NCBI GenBank assembly: GCA_036000105.1
Contig: DASYGE010000012.1
Span: forward strand, 460,436-524,435
Direction: 5' to 3'
DNA length: 64,000 nt
DNA from: Gammaproteobacteria bacterium
GTDB lineage: Bacteria > Pseudomonadota > Gammaproteobacteria > Natronospirales > REEB76
Shown: piece by piece, positions 35,956-43,969 of the stretch
Numbering within the stretch: the stretch's first letter is position 1
Layout: each line of letters starts with the position of its first letter
Position numbers and translations under genes: made by a program
Notes under the pieces: generated by a model
Told to the model about the DNA's origin: nothing
Database searches by the model: none
The model's input: only the letters and a program-made list of their open reading frames with translations

Positions 35956-37394
35956 GCATCGCTAAGCATTACAACGACCGCTGGCTGGCCATGGGCATCC
36001 TCTGCATGGGCGCCCTCATGATCGTGCTGGATGTGACCATCGTGAACGTGGCCCTGCCATCCATACAGGCTGACCTCAAGTTCAGCGCCGCCTCCCTTGC
36101 CTGGGTGGTGAACGCCTACATGCTGATCTTCGGTGGTTTCCTGCTCTTAGGCGGGCGCTGCGGCGATCTCTATGGCCACCGACGCGTGTTCCTCATGGGT
36201 CTCACGCTGTTCACCCTGGCGTCCCTCGCCTGCGGCATGGCCGGATCCCGGGAGTTCCTCATCCTGGCGCGCGGCATACAGGGCCTGGGCGGCGCCGTGG
36301 TGGATGCGGTGGCGCTCTCGCTCATCATCAACCTCTTCACTGAGACGGCGGACCGCACCAAGGCCATGGCGGTCTATGGCTTCGTCTGCTCCGGCGGCGG
36401 CTGCATCGGCGCACTCTTGGGCGGTGTGCTCACGGGCAGCCTCAACTGGCACTGGATCTTCTTGGTCAACGTGCCGGTAGGCGCCGTGGTGTTCTTCCTG
36501 TGCTGGAAACTCCTGCCCACCCACGCCGGTGAGGCCACCGATCGGCAGCATCTGGACGTGGGTGGCGCCATCACCGTGACCGCGGCGTTGCTGCTCGCGG
36601 TGTACGCCACCATCGATGGCAACCAGGCGGGCTGGGGTTCGCTCCAAACCCTGGGCCTCTTGGGCGCATCCGTGGTGGTGTTCGTGACGTTCCTCTTCAT
36701 CGAAGCCAAGGTGAAGAAGCCCTTGGTGCCGCTCGGCATGTTCCGCCTGCGCAACCTCTCGGTCGCTAGTGTGGTGGGCATACTCTGGGCTGCCGGCATG
36801 TTCGCCTGGTTCTTCCTCTCGGCCCTCTACATGCAGTTGGTGCTCGGCTTCACGCCCTTGCAGATCGGTCTCGCGTTCCTGCCCTCCAACCTCATTATGG
36901 CTATCTTCTCCCTCGGCATCTCCGCCAAGTTGGTCATGCGCTTCGGTTTCCGTAAACCCCTGGCGGGCGGCCTCGCGCTCGCCGCCGTGGGGCTCTTGCT
37001 GTTCTCTCGCGCCCCGGTGGGTGGCACCCTGGTGCGGGATGTGCTGCCGGGCATGCTGTTCCTGGGCTTAGGCGCCGGTATCGCTTTCAATCCGGTATTG
37101 ATGGCGGGCATGAGCGATGTACCCCAGACGGAATCGGGCCTCGCCTCAGGCATCATCAACACCGCTTTCATGCTGGGCGGCTCACTCGGGTTGGCGGCGC
37201 TGGCGAGCGTGGCGGCGGGCCGCAGCGGCAGTCTCGTCACGGCCGGTGTCGATCATCTCCAGGCTCTGGCGGGCGGGTATCAGGCGGCTTTCCTGGTGGG
37301 CGCCTGCTTCGTGTTGTTGGCAGCTCTTCTAGGCGGGCTCTTGCTGCGGGAGGTGTCGGCCCCTGCGGGCAGCACGGAGACCGCCGTCCACTGA
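35952..37394 (+). CDS. MFS transporter, DHA2 (EmrB/QacA-like, 14-TM) family
   Basis: 480 aa. LDVTIVNVALPSI and GRCGDLYGHRRVF motifs. TTG start overlaps the upstream stop, so the start is uncertain. Confidence 0.8.
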   Translation: MSIAKHYNDRWLAMGILCMGALMIVLDVTIVNVALPSIQADLKFSAASLAWVVNAYMLIFGGFLLLGGRCGDLYGHRRVFLMGLTLFTLASLACGMAGSREFLILARGIQGLGGAVVDAVALSLIINLFTETADRTKAMAVYGFVCSGGGCIGALLGGVLTGSLNWHWIFLVNVPVGAVVFFLCWKLLPTHAGEATDRQHLDVGGAITVTAALLLAVYATIDGNQAGWGSLQTLGLLGASVVVFVTFLFIEAKVKKPLVPLGMFRLRNLSVASVVGILWAAGMFAWFFLSALYMQLVLGFTPLQIGLAFLPSNLIMAIFSLGISAKLVMRFGFRKPLAGGLALAAVGLLLFSRAPVGGTLVRDVLPGMLFLGLGAGIAFNPVLMAGMSDVPQTESGLASGIINTAFMLGGSLGLAALASVAAGRSGSLVTAGVDHLQALAGGYQAAFLVGACFVLLAALLGGLLLREVSAPAGSTETAVH

Positions 37395-37406
37395 GGCGCG
37401 GATCCC

Positions 37407-38684
37407 ATGAGCGAGACCCATCGCGCCATCGAAGCGGTGTGGCGGATCGAATCCGCCCGGCTTATCGCGGGTCTCAGCCGCATCACACGTGACGTGGGTG
37501 TCGCCGAGGAGTTGGCGCAGGACGCACTGGTGGCGGCTCTGGAGCAATGGCCTGAGTCTGGTATACCGGATAATCCGGGCGCCTGGCTCATGGCTACCGC
37601 CAAGCACCGGGCCATAGACCAGCTGCGCCGCAAGAAGCTCCAGCGACGCAAGCATGAGGAGCTGGGCCGGGAAGTCGAGCTTGAGCAGGAGTTGGCGGAG
37701 GAGAGCTTCCAGGCTTCCGTCGAGGACGAGTTGGGCGACGATCTCTTGCGCCTCATCTTCACCGCCTGCCATCCGGTCTTGGCCACCGAGGCGCGGGTCG
37801 CGCTCACCTTGAGATTGCTCTGCGGCCTCACCACCGCGGAGATCGCCCGGGCCTTCCTCGCGCCGGAAGCCACCGTGGCCCAGCGCATCGTACGGGCGAA
37901 GCGCACCCTTGCGGAGGCGCGGGTGCCTTTCGAGTTGCCTCCTATCCCCGAGCTCAGCGTGCGTCTCGCCTCGGTGCTGGAAGTCATCTACCTGGTGTTC
38001 AACGAAGGCTATTCCGCCACTGCCGGCGAGGACTGGATACGCCCGGCGCTCTGCCACGATGCCCTGCGCCTCGGCCGCATCCTGGCGGAACTCGCGCCGC
38101 GGGAGCCGGAAGTGCACGGCCTCGTCTCGCTCATGGAGATCCAGGCCTCACGCTTCGGTGCGCGCGTCGGCCCCGCCGGCGAGCCGGTGCTGCTCATGGA
38201 TCAGGATCGCACCCGTTGGGACCACGTGCTGGTGCGCCGCGGGCTCGCTGCGCTCACTCGCGCCGAAGGGCTGGGCGGTGGCTTGGGTCCTTATGTGCTG
38301 CAAGCGGAGATCGCCGTTTGTCATGCTCAGGCTGCAAGCGCCGCCGACACCGACTGGACTCGCATCGTGGCGCTCTACGATGCGCTTGCCCAGATCCTGC
38401 CCACGCCGGTGGTGGAGTTGAATCGGGCGGTGGCGGTGTCCATGGCTTTCGGCCCCGCGGCGGGACTCGAGCTCGTGGATCAGCTGATCGACGAGCCGGC
38501 GCTCAAGGGATATCACCTGTTGCCGGCGGTGCGCGCCGATCTCTTCATGAAGCTCGGCCGTCTGGACGAGGCGCGAGAGGAATTCCAGCGAGCCGCCGCC
38601 TTGACGGACAACGCCCGGGAACGGCTGCTGTTACTGGATCGGGCCGCCTCCTGCGGCCCCCAAGCACCTTCCATCTCCCACTGA
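37407..38684 (+). CDS. ECF sigma factor with long C-terminal TPR-like extension (ECF42-type)
   Basis: Region 2 (NPGAWLMATAKHRAIDQLRR), region 4 (LTTAEIARAFLAPEATVAQRIVRAKRTL), and a ~220-aa extension. 425 aa total. Confidence 0.8.
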   Translation: MSETHRAIEAVWRIESARLIAGLSRITRDVGVAEELAQDALVAALEQWPESGIPDNPGAWLMATAKHRAIDQLRRKKLQRRKHEELGREVELEQELAEESFQASVEDELGDDLLRLIFTACHPVLATEARVALTLRLLCGLTTAEIARAFLAPEATVAQRIVRAKRTLAEARVPFELPPIPELSVRLASVLEVIYLVFNEGYSATAGEDWIRPALCHDALRLGRILAELAPREPEVHGLVSLMEIQASRFGARVGPAGEPVLLMDQDRTRWDHVLVRRGLAALTRAEGLGGGLGPYVLQAEIAVCHAQAASAADTDWTRIVALYDALAQILPTPVVELNRAVAVSMAFGPAAGLELVDQLIDEPALKGYHLLPAVRADLFMKLGRLDEAREEFQRAAALTDNARERLLLLDRAASCGPQAPSISH

Positions 38685-38703
38685 AGCGAGCGCCGGGCCA
38701 GGC

Positions 38704-38758
38704 TTGACATGCCAACGCTTCATGTGTAATTTACCTAAAGGTTAATTAACTATTAGGT
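38704..38758 (+). promoter_or_regulatory. sigma70-like promoter plus AT-rich inverted repeat upstream of the second ArsR gene
   Basis: TTGACA (38704-09), 17-nt spacer, TAATTT (38727-32). ACCTAA-aggttaattaacta-TTAGGT inverted repeat follows at 38733-58. Confidence 0.5.
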
Positions 38759-38767
38759 GTATCAAAC

Positions 38768-39118
38768 ATGCCCGCCGACCGCCTGAGCCCGGTGTTCGCA
38801 GCCCTGGCCGACCCCACCCGCCGTGCCATCCTGGCGCGCTTGAGCCTCGGGGAGACCACGGTCAAGGAGCTGATGCGGCCCTTCGACATGAGCCCGCCGG
38901 CCATCACTAAGCACCTCAAGGTGCTGGAGAAAGCCGGCCTCATCAGCCGTGGGCGCGAGGCCCAGTGGCGGCCCTGTCGGCTCGCGGCGAAGCCCCTCAA
39001 GGGTGTGTCCGACTGGGTGGAGGAATACCGCCGCTACTGGGAACAGAGCTTCGATCGCCTGGACGACTACTTAAGCGAACTGCAGAGCAAGGGGAAGAAG
39101 CATGGCCGCAGGAAATGA
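38768..39118 (+). CDS. ArsR/SmtB family transcriptional regulator (paralog of 34008-34355)
   Basis: FAALADPTRRAILARL...PPAITKHLKVLEKAGLI. Roughly 60% identical by eye to the first copy. Confidence 0.85.
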   Translation: MPADRLSPVFAALADPTRRAILARLSLGETTVKELMRPFDMSPPAITKHLKVLEKAGLISRGREAQWRPCRLAAKPLKGVSDWVEEYRRYWEQSFDRLDDYLSELQSKGKKHGRRK

Positions 39119-40091
39119 CCCGGGCGCTTTGCCCATGGAACGTGAACTCACCCTCACGCGCGTCTTCGACGCGCCCCGTGAACTGGTGTTCAAGGTCTGG
39201 ACGGAGGCGGAGCATCTGGCGCGTTGGTGGGGCCCGGACATGTTCACCACCCCGGTCTGCCGGGTGGATGCGCGCGTCGGCGGCGAGCTCTACCTCGTCA
39301 TGCGCTCACTTCAGGGCGATGAATACCCGATGAAGGGAGTGTTCCTGGAAGTGGTCAGGCCAGAGCGGCTGGTCTACACCAACATCCCCATGGACGCCGC
39401 CGGCAACCACCTCATGGAAGGCAGCACGACCGTCAGCTTCGAGGATCACGGCGGCAAGACGCGACTCACGGTGCACACGAAGATGACCGGCAAGGTGCCG
39501 CAAGCGGCATACATGCTGGCAGGCATGAAGCCGGGCTGGAACCAGACCCTGGACCGCCTGGGAAATTATGCCGCCGGCTTGGCTTGGACGGACGAGACGA
39601 CAACCTTTGGAAGGATCAGTGGTATGAACGCGACGAAACAGCCCCAGACATCCGCCGACCGGGTACTCATCCTCACCCGCATCTTCGATGCGCCCGCGGA
39701 GCTCGTGTACAGGGTGTGGACCGACCCCGAGCACATCCGTGAGTGGCTTTGCCCCCGCGGCTTCACCATCCCCAAGAGCGAGGGCGAGCAGCGCATCGGC
39801 GGTCGTTGGCGCTCCTGCATGCGCACTACGGATGGCGTGGACCTATGGCTGAGTGGCGTCTACCGGGAACTGGTGCCAGGGAAGAAGGTCTCCTTCACCC
39901 ACGCCTGGGAAGAGGACGGCAAGCGTGGCCATGAGACCGTGGTGACCATCACCCTCGAGGATATCCAGGGCAAGACCCGGCTCATGCTGCGCCAGGAGTC
40001 GTTCGAATCGGTGGAGTCCCGCGACGGCCACGGCGGTGGCTGGGGTGAATGCCTGGACAAGCTCGCCGAGCATCTGGCGGAGATATCCTAA
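39102..40091 (+). CDS. protein with two tandem SRPBCC (AHSA1-like) domains
   Basis: Two repeats, each opening xLTRVFDAPxELVxxVWTxxEH. Start uncertain: 39102 overlaps the ArsR gene by 17 nt; alternative ATG at 39135. Confidence 0.75.
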   Translation: MAAGNDPGALPMERELTLTRVFDAPRELVFKVWTEAEHLARWWGPDMFTTPVCRVDARVGGELYLVMRSLQGDEYPMKGVFLEVVRPERLVYTNIPMDAAGNHLMEGSTTVSFEDHGGKTRLTVHTKMTGKVPQAAYMLAGMKPGWNQTLDRLGNYAAGLAWTDETTTFGRISGMNATKQPQTSADRVLILTRIFDAPAELVYRVWTDPEHIREWLCPRGFTIPKSEGEQRIGGRWRSCMRTTDGVDLWLSGVYRELVPGKKVSFTHAWEEDGKRGHETVVTITLEDIQGKTRLMLRQESFESVESRDGHGGGWGECLDKLAEHLAEIS

Positions 40092-40094
40092 GTG

Positions 40095-40508
40095 ATGAGC
40101 GTCGAGATCCGCTGCTTGTGCGGAGCGTTCAAAGCGCAGCTCACGCAAGAGCCCGTCATCCAGTTCTATTGTCACTGCGATGATTGTCAGGCGGTGAGCG
40201 GCGGCGCCTATGTGTCTCTCGCGATCGTCCAGGCCCATGCCTTGACCATCACGCAGGGCGAGACCGTCATATGGAGACTCCGGACCATGCCCCGGGAGCG
40301 CTGTGCAGTCTGCGGCACCCAGCTGTTCGCCAAGATCCCCGGCCAGGACATGTATGCGGTGAAGGGCAATTTGCTGCCCAGGGATATACGCAAGCCAGCG
40401 TTCCATATGCAGTGCCGTTACGCAGTCACACCGGTCAAGGACGATCTGCCTCATTACAGGGCTATCCCCACCTGCTTCGGTGGGGTCGACGAGGTGGTGG
40501 GCTGGTGA
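40095..40508 (+). CDS. GFA (CENP-V / glutathione-dependent formaldehyde-activating) family protein
   Basis: Cys pattern CLCG...CHCDDC...CAVCG is typical of the GFA zinc sites. Confidence 0.75.
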   Translation: MSVEIRCLCGAFKAQLTQEPVIQFYCHCDDCQAVSGGAYVSLAIVQAHALTITQGETVIWRLRTMPRERCAVCGTQLFAKIPGQDMYAVKGNLLPRDIRKPAFHMQCRYAVTPVKDDLPHYRAIPTCFGGVDEVVGW

Positions 40509-40682
40509 TCCAGACTGGGCTGTAGCCGTGGATTTATATGCAGATTAAGTAAAGCGAGAGGGGTGGGGGGGAACAAGAATCCCCGGGACCCGGTCTCATG
40601 TCTTGTATCATCCGGTATGCTGCCCGACTTGCCCTCCGGGCATGAGTTCCCAACGATCACCCCATCCATCGTAGAGGCCCGA

Positions 40683-41258
40683 ATGAAATCCCGCCTGCTG
40701 TTGCTCGCCCTCATCGCCGTGTCCGGCGCCGTCTGTGCTGCGCCGGTGACCTATACCGCCGATCCGGACCATACCCATTCCGCTTTCGAAGTGGACCACT
40801 TCGGCGGCTTGTCCGTGTGGCGCGGCTTCTTCAAGAAGACTACGGGCACTATCGTCATGGACAAGGCGGCCGGCACCGGCACCGTGGACATGGATATCGA
40901 TCTCACTAGCGGTGTTATGCCCAACGACGCGCTCACCGCCGAGCTGGTCGGTGACAAGTTCTTTCAGGCCAACAAGTATCCGACGGCCCACTACCACGGC
41001 ACCCTGGGCGGCTTCGTGAACGGCGCGCCCACCACGGTCACGGGCCAGCTTAGCCTGCATGGCGTGACCAAGCCGGTGGATCTCAAGATCCTCAGCTTCA
41101 AGTGCATGCCCCATCCCTTCTATAAGGTCGAGGTGTGCGGCGCGGATGCCACCGGCACGTTCAACCGCGACGACTTCGGCATCGACTACGGCAAGGCCTA
41201 CGGTTTCAACATGGGTGTGACCTTGCGCATCCAGGTGGAAGCGTTGGCCGCCAAGTAA
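40683..41258 (+). CDS. YceI family periplasmic protein
   Basis: Trimmed to MKSRLLLLALIAVSGAVCA (signal peptide). YTADPDHTHSAFEVDHFG motif. Confidence 0.85.
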   Translation: MKSRLLLLALIAVSGAVCAAPVTYTADPDHTHSAFEVDHFGGLSVWRGFFKKTTGTIVMDKAAGTGTVDMDIDLTSGVMPNDALTAELVGDKFFQANKYPTAHYHGTLGGFVNGAPTTVTGQLSLHGVTKPVDLKILSFKCMPHPFYKVEVCGADATGTFNRDDFGIDYGKAYGFNMGVTLRIQVEALAAK

Positions 41259-41290
41259 CCGGGCCCGATCAGAGTCAGTTTCGCTCGATC

Positions 41291-41331
41291 GGCGGCGTCC
41301 GCGGCTTCGAGTCCGGACGCCGCCGTCTTTT
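41291..41331 (+). terminator. intrinsic terminator after the YceI gene
   Basis: 11-bp stem GGCGGCGTCCG...CGGACGCCGCC followed by GTCTTTT. Confidence 0.6.
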
Positions 41332-41340
41332 GCGCTGGGT

Positions 41341-41790
41341 TCAATTCAAGGGCTGTTTCCCCGGCACCTGGTTCAGCAGCATCCAATAGAGCCCGAGCTG
41401 GCTCACGACCCTGGCGAAGTCGGCGAACACCACCGGCTTGCGCACGTAGCTGTTGGCACCGCTGTTGTAGCTCTTGACCATGTCCTCGTCCTCGCTGGAG
41501 GAGGTCAGTATCACCACCGGGATGGTGCGCGTCAGTTCATGCTGGCGCATGCGCGACAGCACGTCTATGCCGTTGAGTTTGGGCAGCTTGAGGTCCAGCA
41601 GCACCACGGTCGGCATGCGCGCGGTATCCCGTCCGGCGAAGGCACCCGTGCCGAACAGGAAATCCAGCGCCTCGACGCCGTCGCGCACCACCTGCACGTC
41701 GTTGGTGATGCCAGCCTGGCTCAAGGATTTGATGGTCATCTCCTCGTCGTCCGGGTTGTCTTCAACTATCAGGATGAATTTCGCGTCCAT
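41341..41790 (-). CDS. single-domain (CheY-like) response regulator
   Basis: Trimmed to MDAKFILIVEDNPDDEE. LLDLKLPKLNG phospho-acceptor region and KP motif. No output domain. Confidence 0.85.
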   Translation of the reverse strand: MDAKFILIVEDNPDDEEMTIKSLSQAGITNDVQVVRDGVEALDFLFGTGAFAGRDTARMPTVVLLDLKLPKLNGIDVLSRMRQHELTRTIPVVILTSSSEDEDMVKSYNSGANSYVRKPVVFADFARVVSQLGLYWMLLNQVPGKQPLN

Positions 41791-41822
41791 GTCTGGGATC
41801 TCCGTGTGTATGTCGGACGTGT

Positions 41823-43376
41823 TCAGCCGCTGCGCAGCGGTTCGCTGCCTGTGCCTGCACCGGGGTGCGATTCGGCCTGCAGAGTGAAGAAGAAGGTGGC
41901 GCCTTTCCCGGGCGAGGCCTGGCACCAGATGCGGCCGCCGTGGCGCGCCACGATACGCTGCACGGTGGCGAGCCCGATACCGGTGCCGGGGAACTCATGC
42001 ACGCCATGCAGGCGCTGGAACGCGCCGAACAGTTTGTCGGCATAGGCCATGTCGAAGCCGGCACCGTTGTCGCGTACGAAGACGATACGCCTCTCGCCCT
42101 CCTGCAGCATCCCGAGCTCGATGCGCGCCTGTTCGGTCTTGCCGGTGAACTTCCAGGCGTTGCCCAACAGGTTCTCCAGGGCCACGCGCAGCAGCCGCTG
42201 GTCGGCGCGGACCATGATGCCGTCCCAGACGGATATGTTCATCTTGCGCTCCGGCTCACGCTGCTGGAGTTCCTGCAATACATGGTTGCCGAGAGCGCTG
42301 AGATCGACTTCACGCCACACCAGCTCCAGGCGGGAGATGCGCGACAGGTTCAACAGATCCTCGATCAGTTGCCCCATGCGCGCCGTGCCGCTCTTGATGC
42401 GATGCAGGTAATGCTGCATCTTCTCGTCCAGCTGGCCGCCGAATTCCGTCAATAGCGCCTGGCTGAACCCGTCTATAGCGCGTAACGGTGCGCGCAGGTC
42501 GTGGGAGACCGAATAGGAGAAGGCTTCCAGTTCGCTGTTTATCTCTTGGAGCTTGTTGGTGCGCTCCTGCACGCGCGCCTCGAGTTCCGTGTTCAGGCGC
42601 CGGATCTCGTCTTCCGCATTCTTGCGTTCGGCTATCTCATGGCTCAGTTCCTGGTTGGAAGCCTCCAGCGCCTCGGTGCGTCCGCCGATCTCCGAGAGCA
42701 TGCGGTTGAAGGCGTCCACCAGATAGCCGATCTCGTCATCCGTGCTCTTCTTGGCGCGCGGCGAATAGTCGCCTTTCTCCACCACCTGTTGGGCCAGCTT
42801 GGTGATATCCAGGATGGGTTTGGTGACGGTCCTCTGCAGCCAGGTGGACAGGAGCAGCGAGATCAATAGCGCCAGGCTGCCGACCGCGAGCAAGATGCCG
42901 GTGTAGGTGCGTATCCGCTGGTACAGGTCATAATGCGCATGCAGGTAGATGGAACCGACTATCTCGTTGTTATCCACGATGCGCTGGTTGACGACGACGT
43001 ACTCACCGATGAACGTCACCGAATCCACATCAGGCAGCTGGGGGAAACTCGCCGCCTGGGCTCCTGCCCGGGAGTAGCTGGCGAAGATGACACCTTTCGA
43101 GTTGTAGAGAGCGGCTGCGTCTATATGCGGCCTGGCCTGCAGCAGGGCCAGGTTGTCGTTGGCGACCTTGGCGTCATCGAACTGCAGGGCTGGCACGCAG
43201 GCCCGCCCGATCAATGCCGCCTGGGTGGTGAGGTCGGTCGTCAGGGTGCTCTTGAGGGTGTGCAGGTCGTAGGCCATGAGCGACAGGCCGGTGACCAGCA
43301 GGGCCGCGATGTTGGTCAGCAGTACGCCGACGAACAGCTTATAGCGCACCGAACTCAGGCGGATGCGCGGCTTCAT
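41823..43376 (-). CDS. sensor histidine kinase (periplasmic sensor domain, HAMP, coiled coil, HisKA, HATPase_c)
   Basis: Two TM helices flank a ~150-aa periplasmic domain. HAMP (DEIGYLVDAFNRM), H-box FSYSVSHDLRAPL, and DNGAGF / GTGIGLA boxes. Confidence 0.85.
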   Translation of the reverse strand: MKPRIRLSSVRYKLFVGVLLTNIAALLVTGLSLMAYDLHTLKSTLTTDLTTQAALIGRACVPALQFDDAKVANDNLALLQARPHIDAAALYNSKGVIFASYSRAGAQAASFPQLPDVDSVTFIGEYVVVNQRIVDNNEIVGSIYLHAHYDLYQRIRTYTGILLAVGSLALLISLLLSTWLQRTVTKPILDITKLAQQVVEKGDYSPRAKKSTDDEIGYLVDAFNRMLSEIGGRTEALEASNQELSHEIAERKNAEDEIRRLNTELEARVQERTNKLQEINSELEAFSYSVSHDLRAPLRAIDGFSQALLTEFGGQLDEKMQHYLHRIKSGTARMGQLIEDLLNLSRISRLELVWREVDLSALGNHVLQELQQREPERKMNISVWDGIMVRADQRLLRVALENLLGNAWKFTGKTEQARIELGMLQEGERRIVFVRDNGAGFDMAYADKLFGAFQRLHGVHEFPGTGIGLATVQRIVARHGGRIWCQASPGKGATFFFTLQAESHPGAGTGSEPLRSG

Positions 43377-43969
43377 GGCTTGGCCCCGTTGACCGTGTGG
43401 GCCACCGACAGCAGGAGGGCACTGAGTTTCAGCCCGTTCTGCTGGACTGCGTTCAGGGCCACATCGAAGCGTACCCGGTCATCCACCAGGATGAAGCTGA
43501 CCGCGCCGCCCTCAGCAAGTCCGTCCTCTCCTTCGGTCACCACCAGGATGGGGCGGCCGTGGCTGGCCTCGAACAGGTTGCCGGATTGTGCCGCTCTGGC
43601 GCCGCCGATGAAGAGGATATGCACGCCATCGGGGAGTTCGCCGTCATGGATGCGCCGTACCACCACCGGCCGGGTGCCGATGCTGCGCCCCGCCACCATG
43701 CTGGCGAGGTCGTCGGCCAGGGTGTCAGCCCCTGCCACGCCGATGACGATGGGGCTGTCGGGGCCGGCGAAGGCCTTGTCCGGCCAGGTGACGTAGCTGC
43801 CGAACTTGTACAGGTAGGCCGCTTCCACCTGCTGCTGTGACAGTTCGGCGGCCTCGGCGTCTCCTGCCCACGCGACGACCGGGCGCGCGGCGCAGGCGGC
43901 CAGCAAGGCCGCGGCCAGCACCAGACGCCCATGCGACATGCTCTGCTTCATCGTGTTTAGGGGCGCCAT
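43373..43969 (-). CDS. YfiR-like (DUF4154) periplasmic protein
   Basis: Signal peptide. AAYLYKFGSYVTWP motif. ATGA overlap with the kinase gene. Start is either 43969 or 43951. Confidence 0.75.
   Translation of the reverse strand: MAPLNTMKQSMSHGRLVLAAALLAACAARPVVAWAGDAEAAELSQQQVEAAYLYKFGSYVTWPDKAFAGPDSPIVIGVAGADTLADDLASMVAGRSIGTRPVVVRRIHDGELPDGVHILFIGGARAAQSGNLFEASHGRPILVVTEGEDGLAEGGAVSFILVDDRVRFDVALNAVQQNGLKLSALLLSVAHTVNGAKP

Noticed and set aside
39102-40091. The tandem SRPBCC protein as a frameshifted or misassembled pair of genes.
   Set aside because: The reading frame is continuous through a plausible ~25-aa linker, and both halves are complete domains. There is no evidence of a pseudogene.
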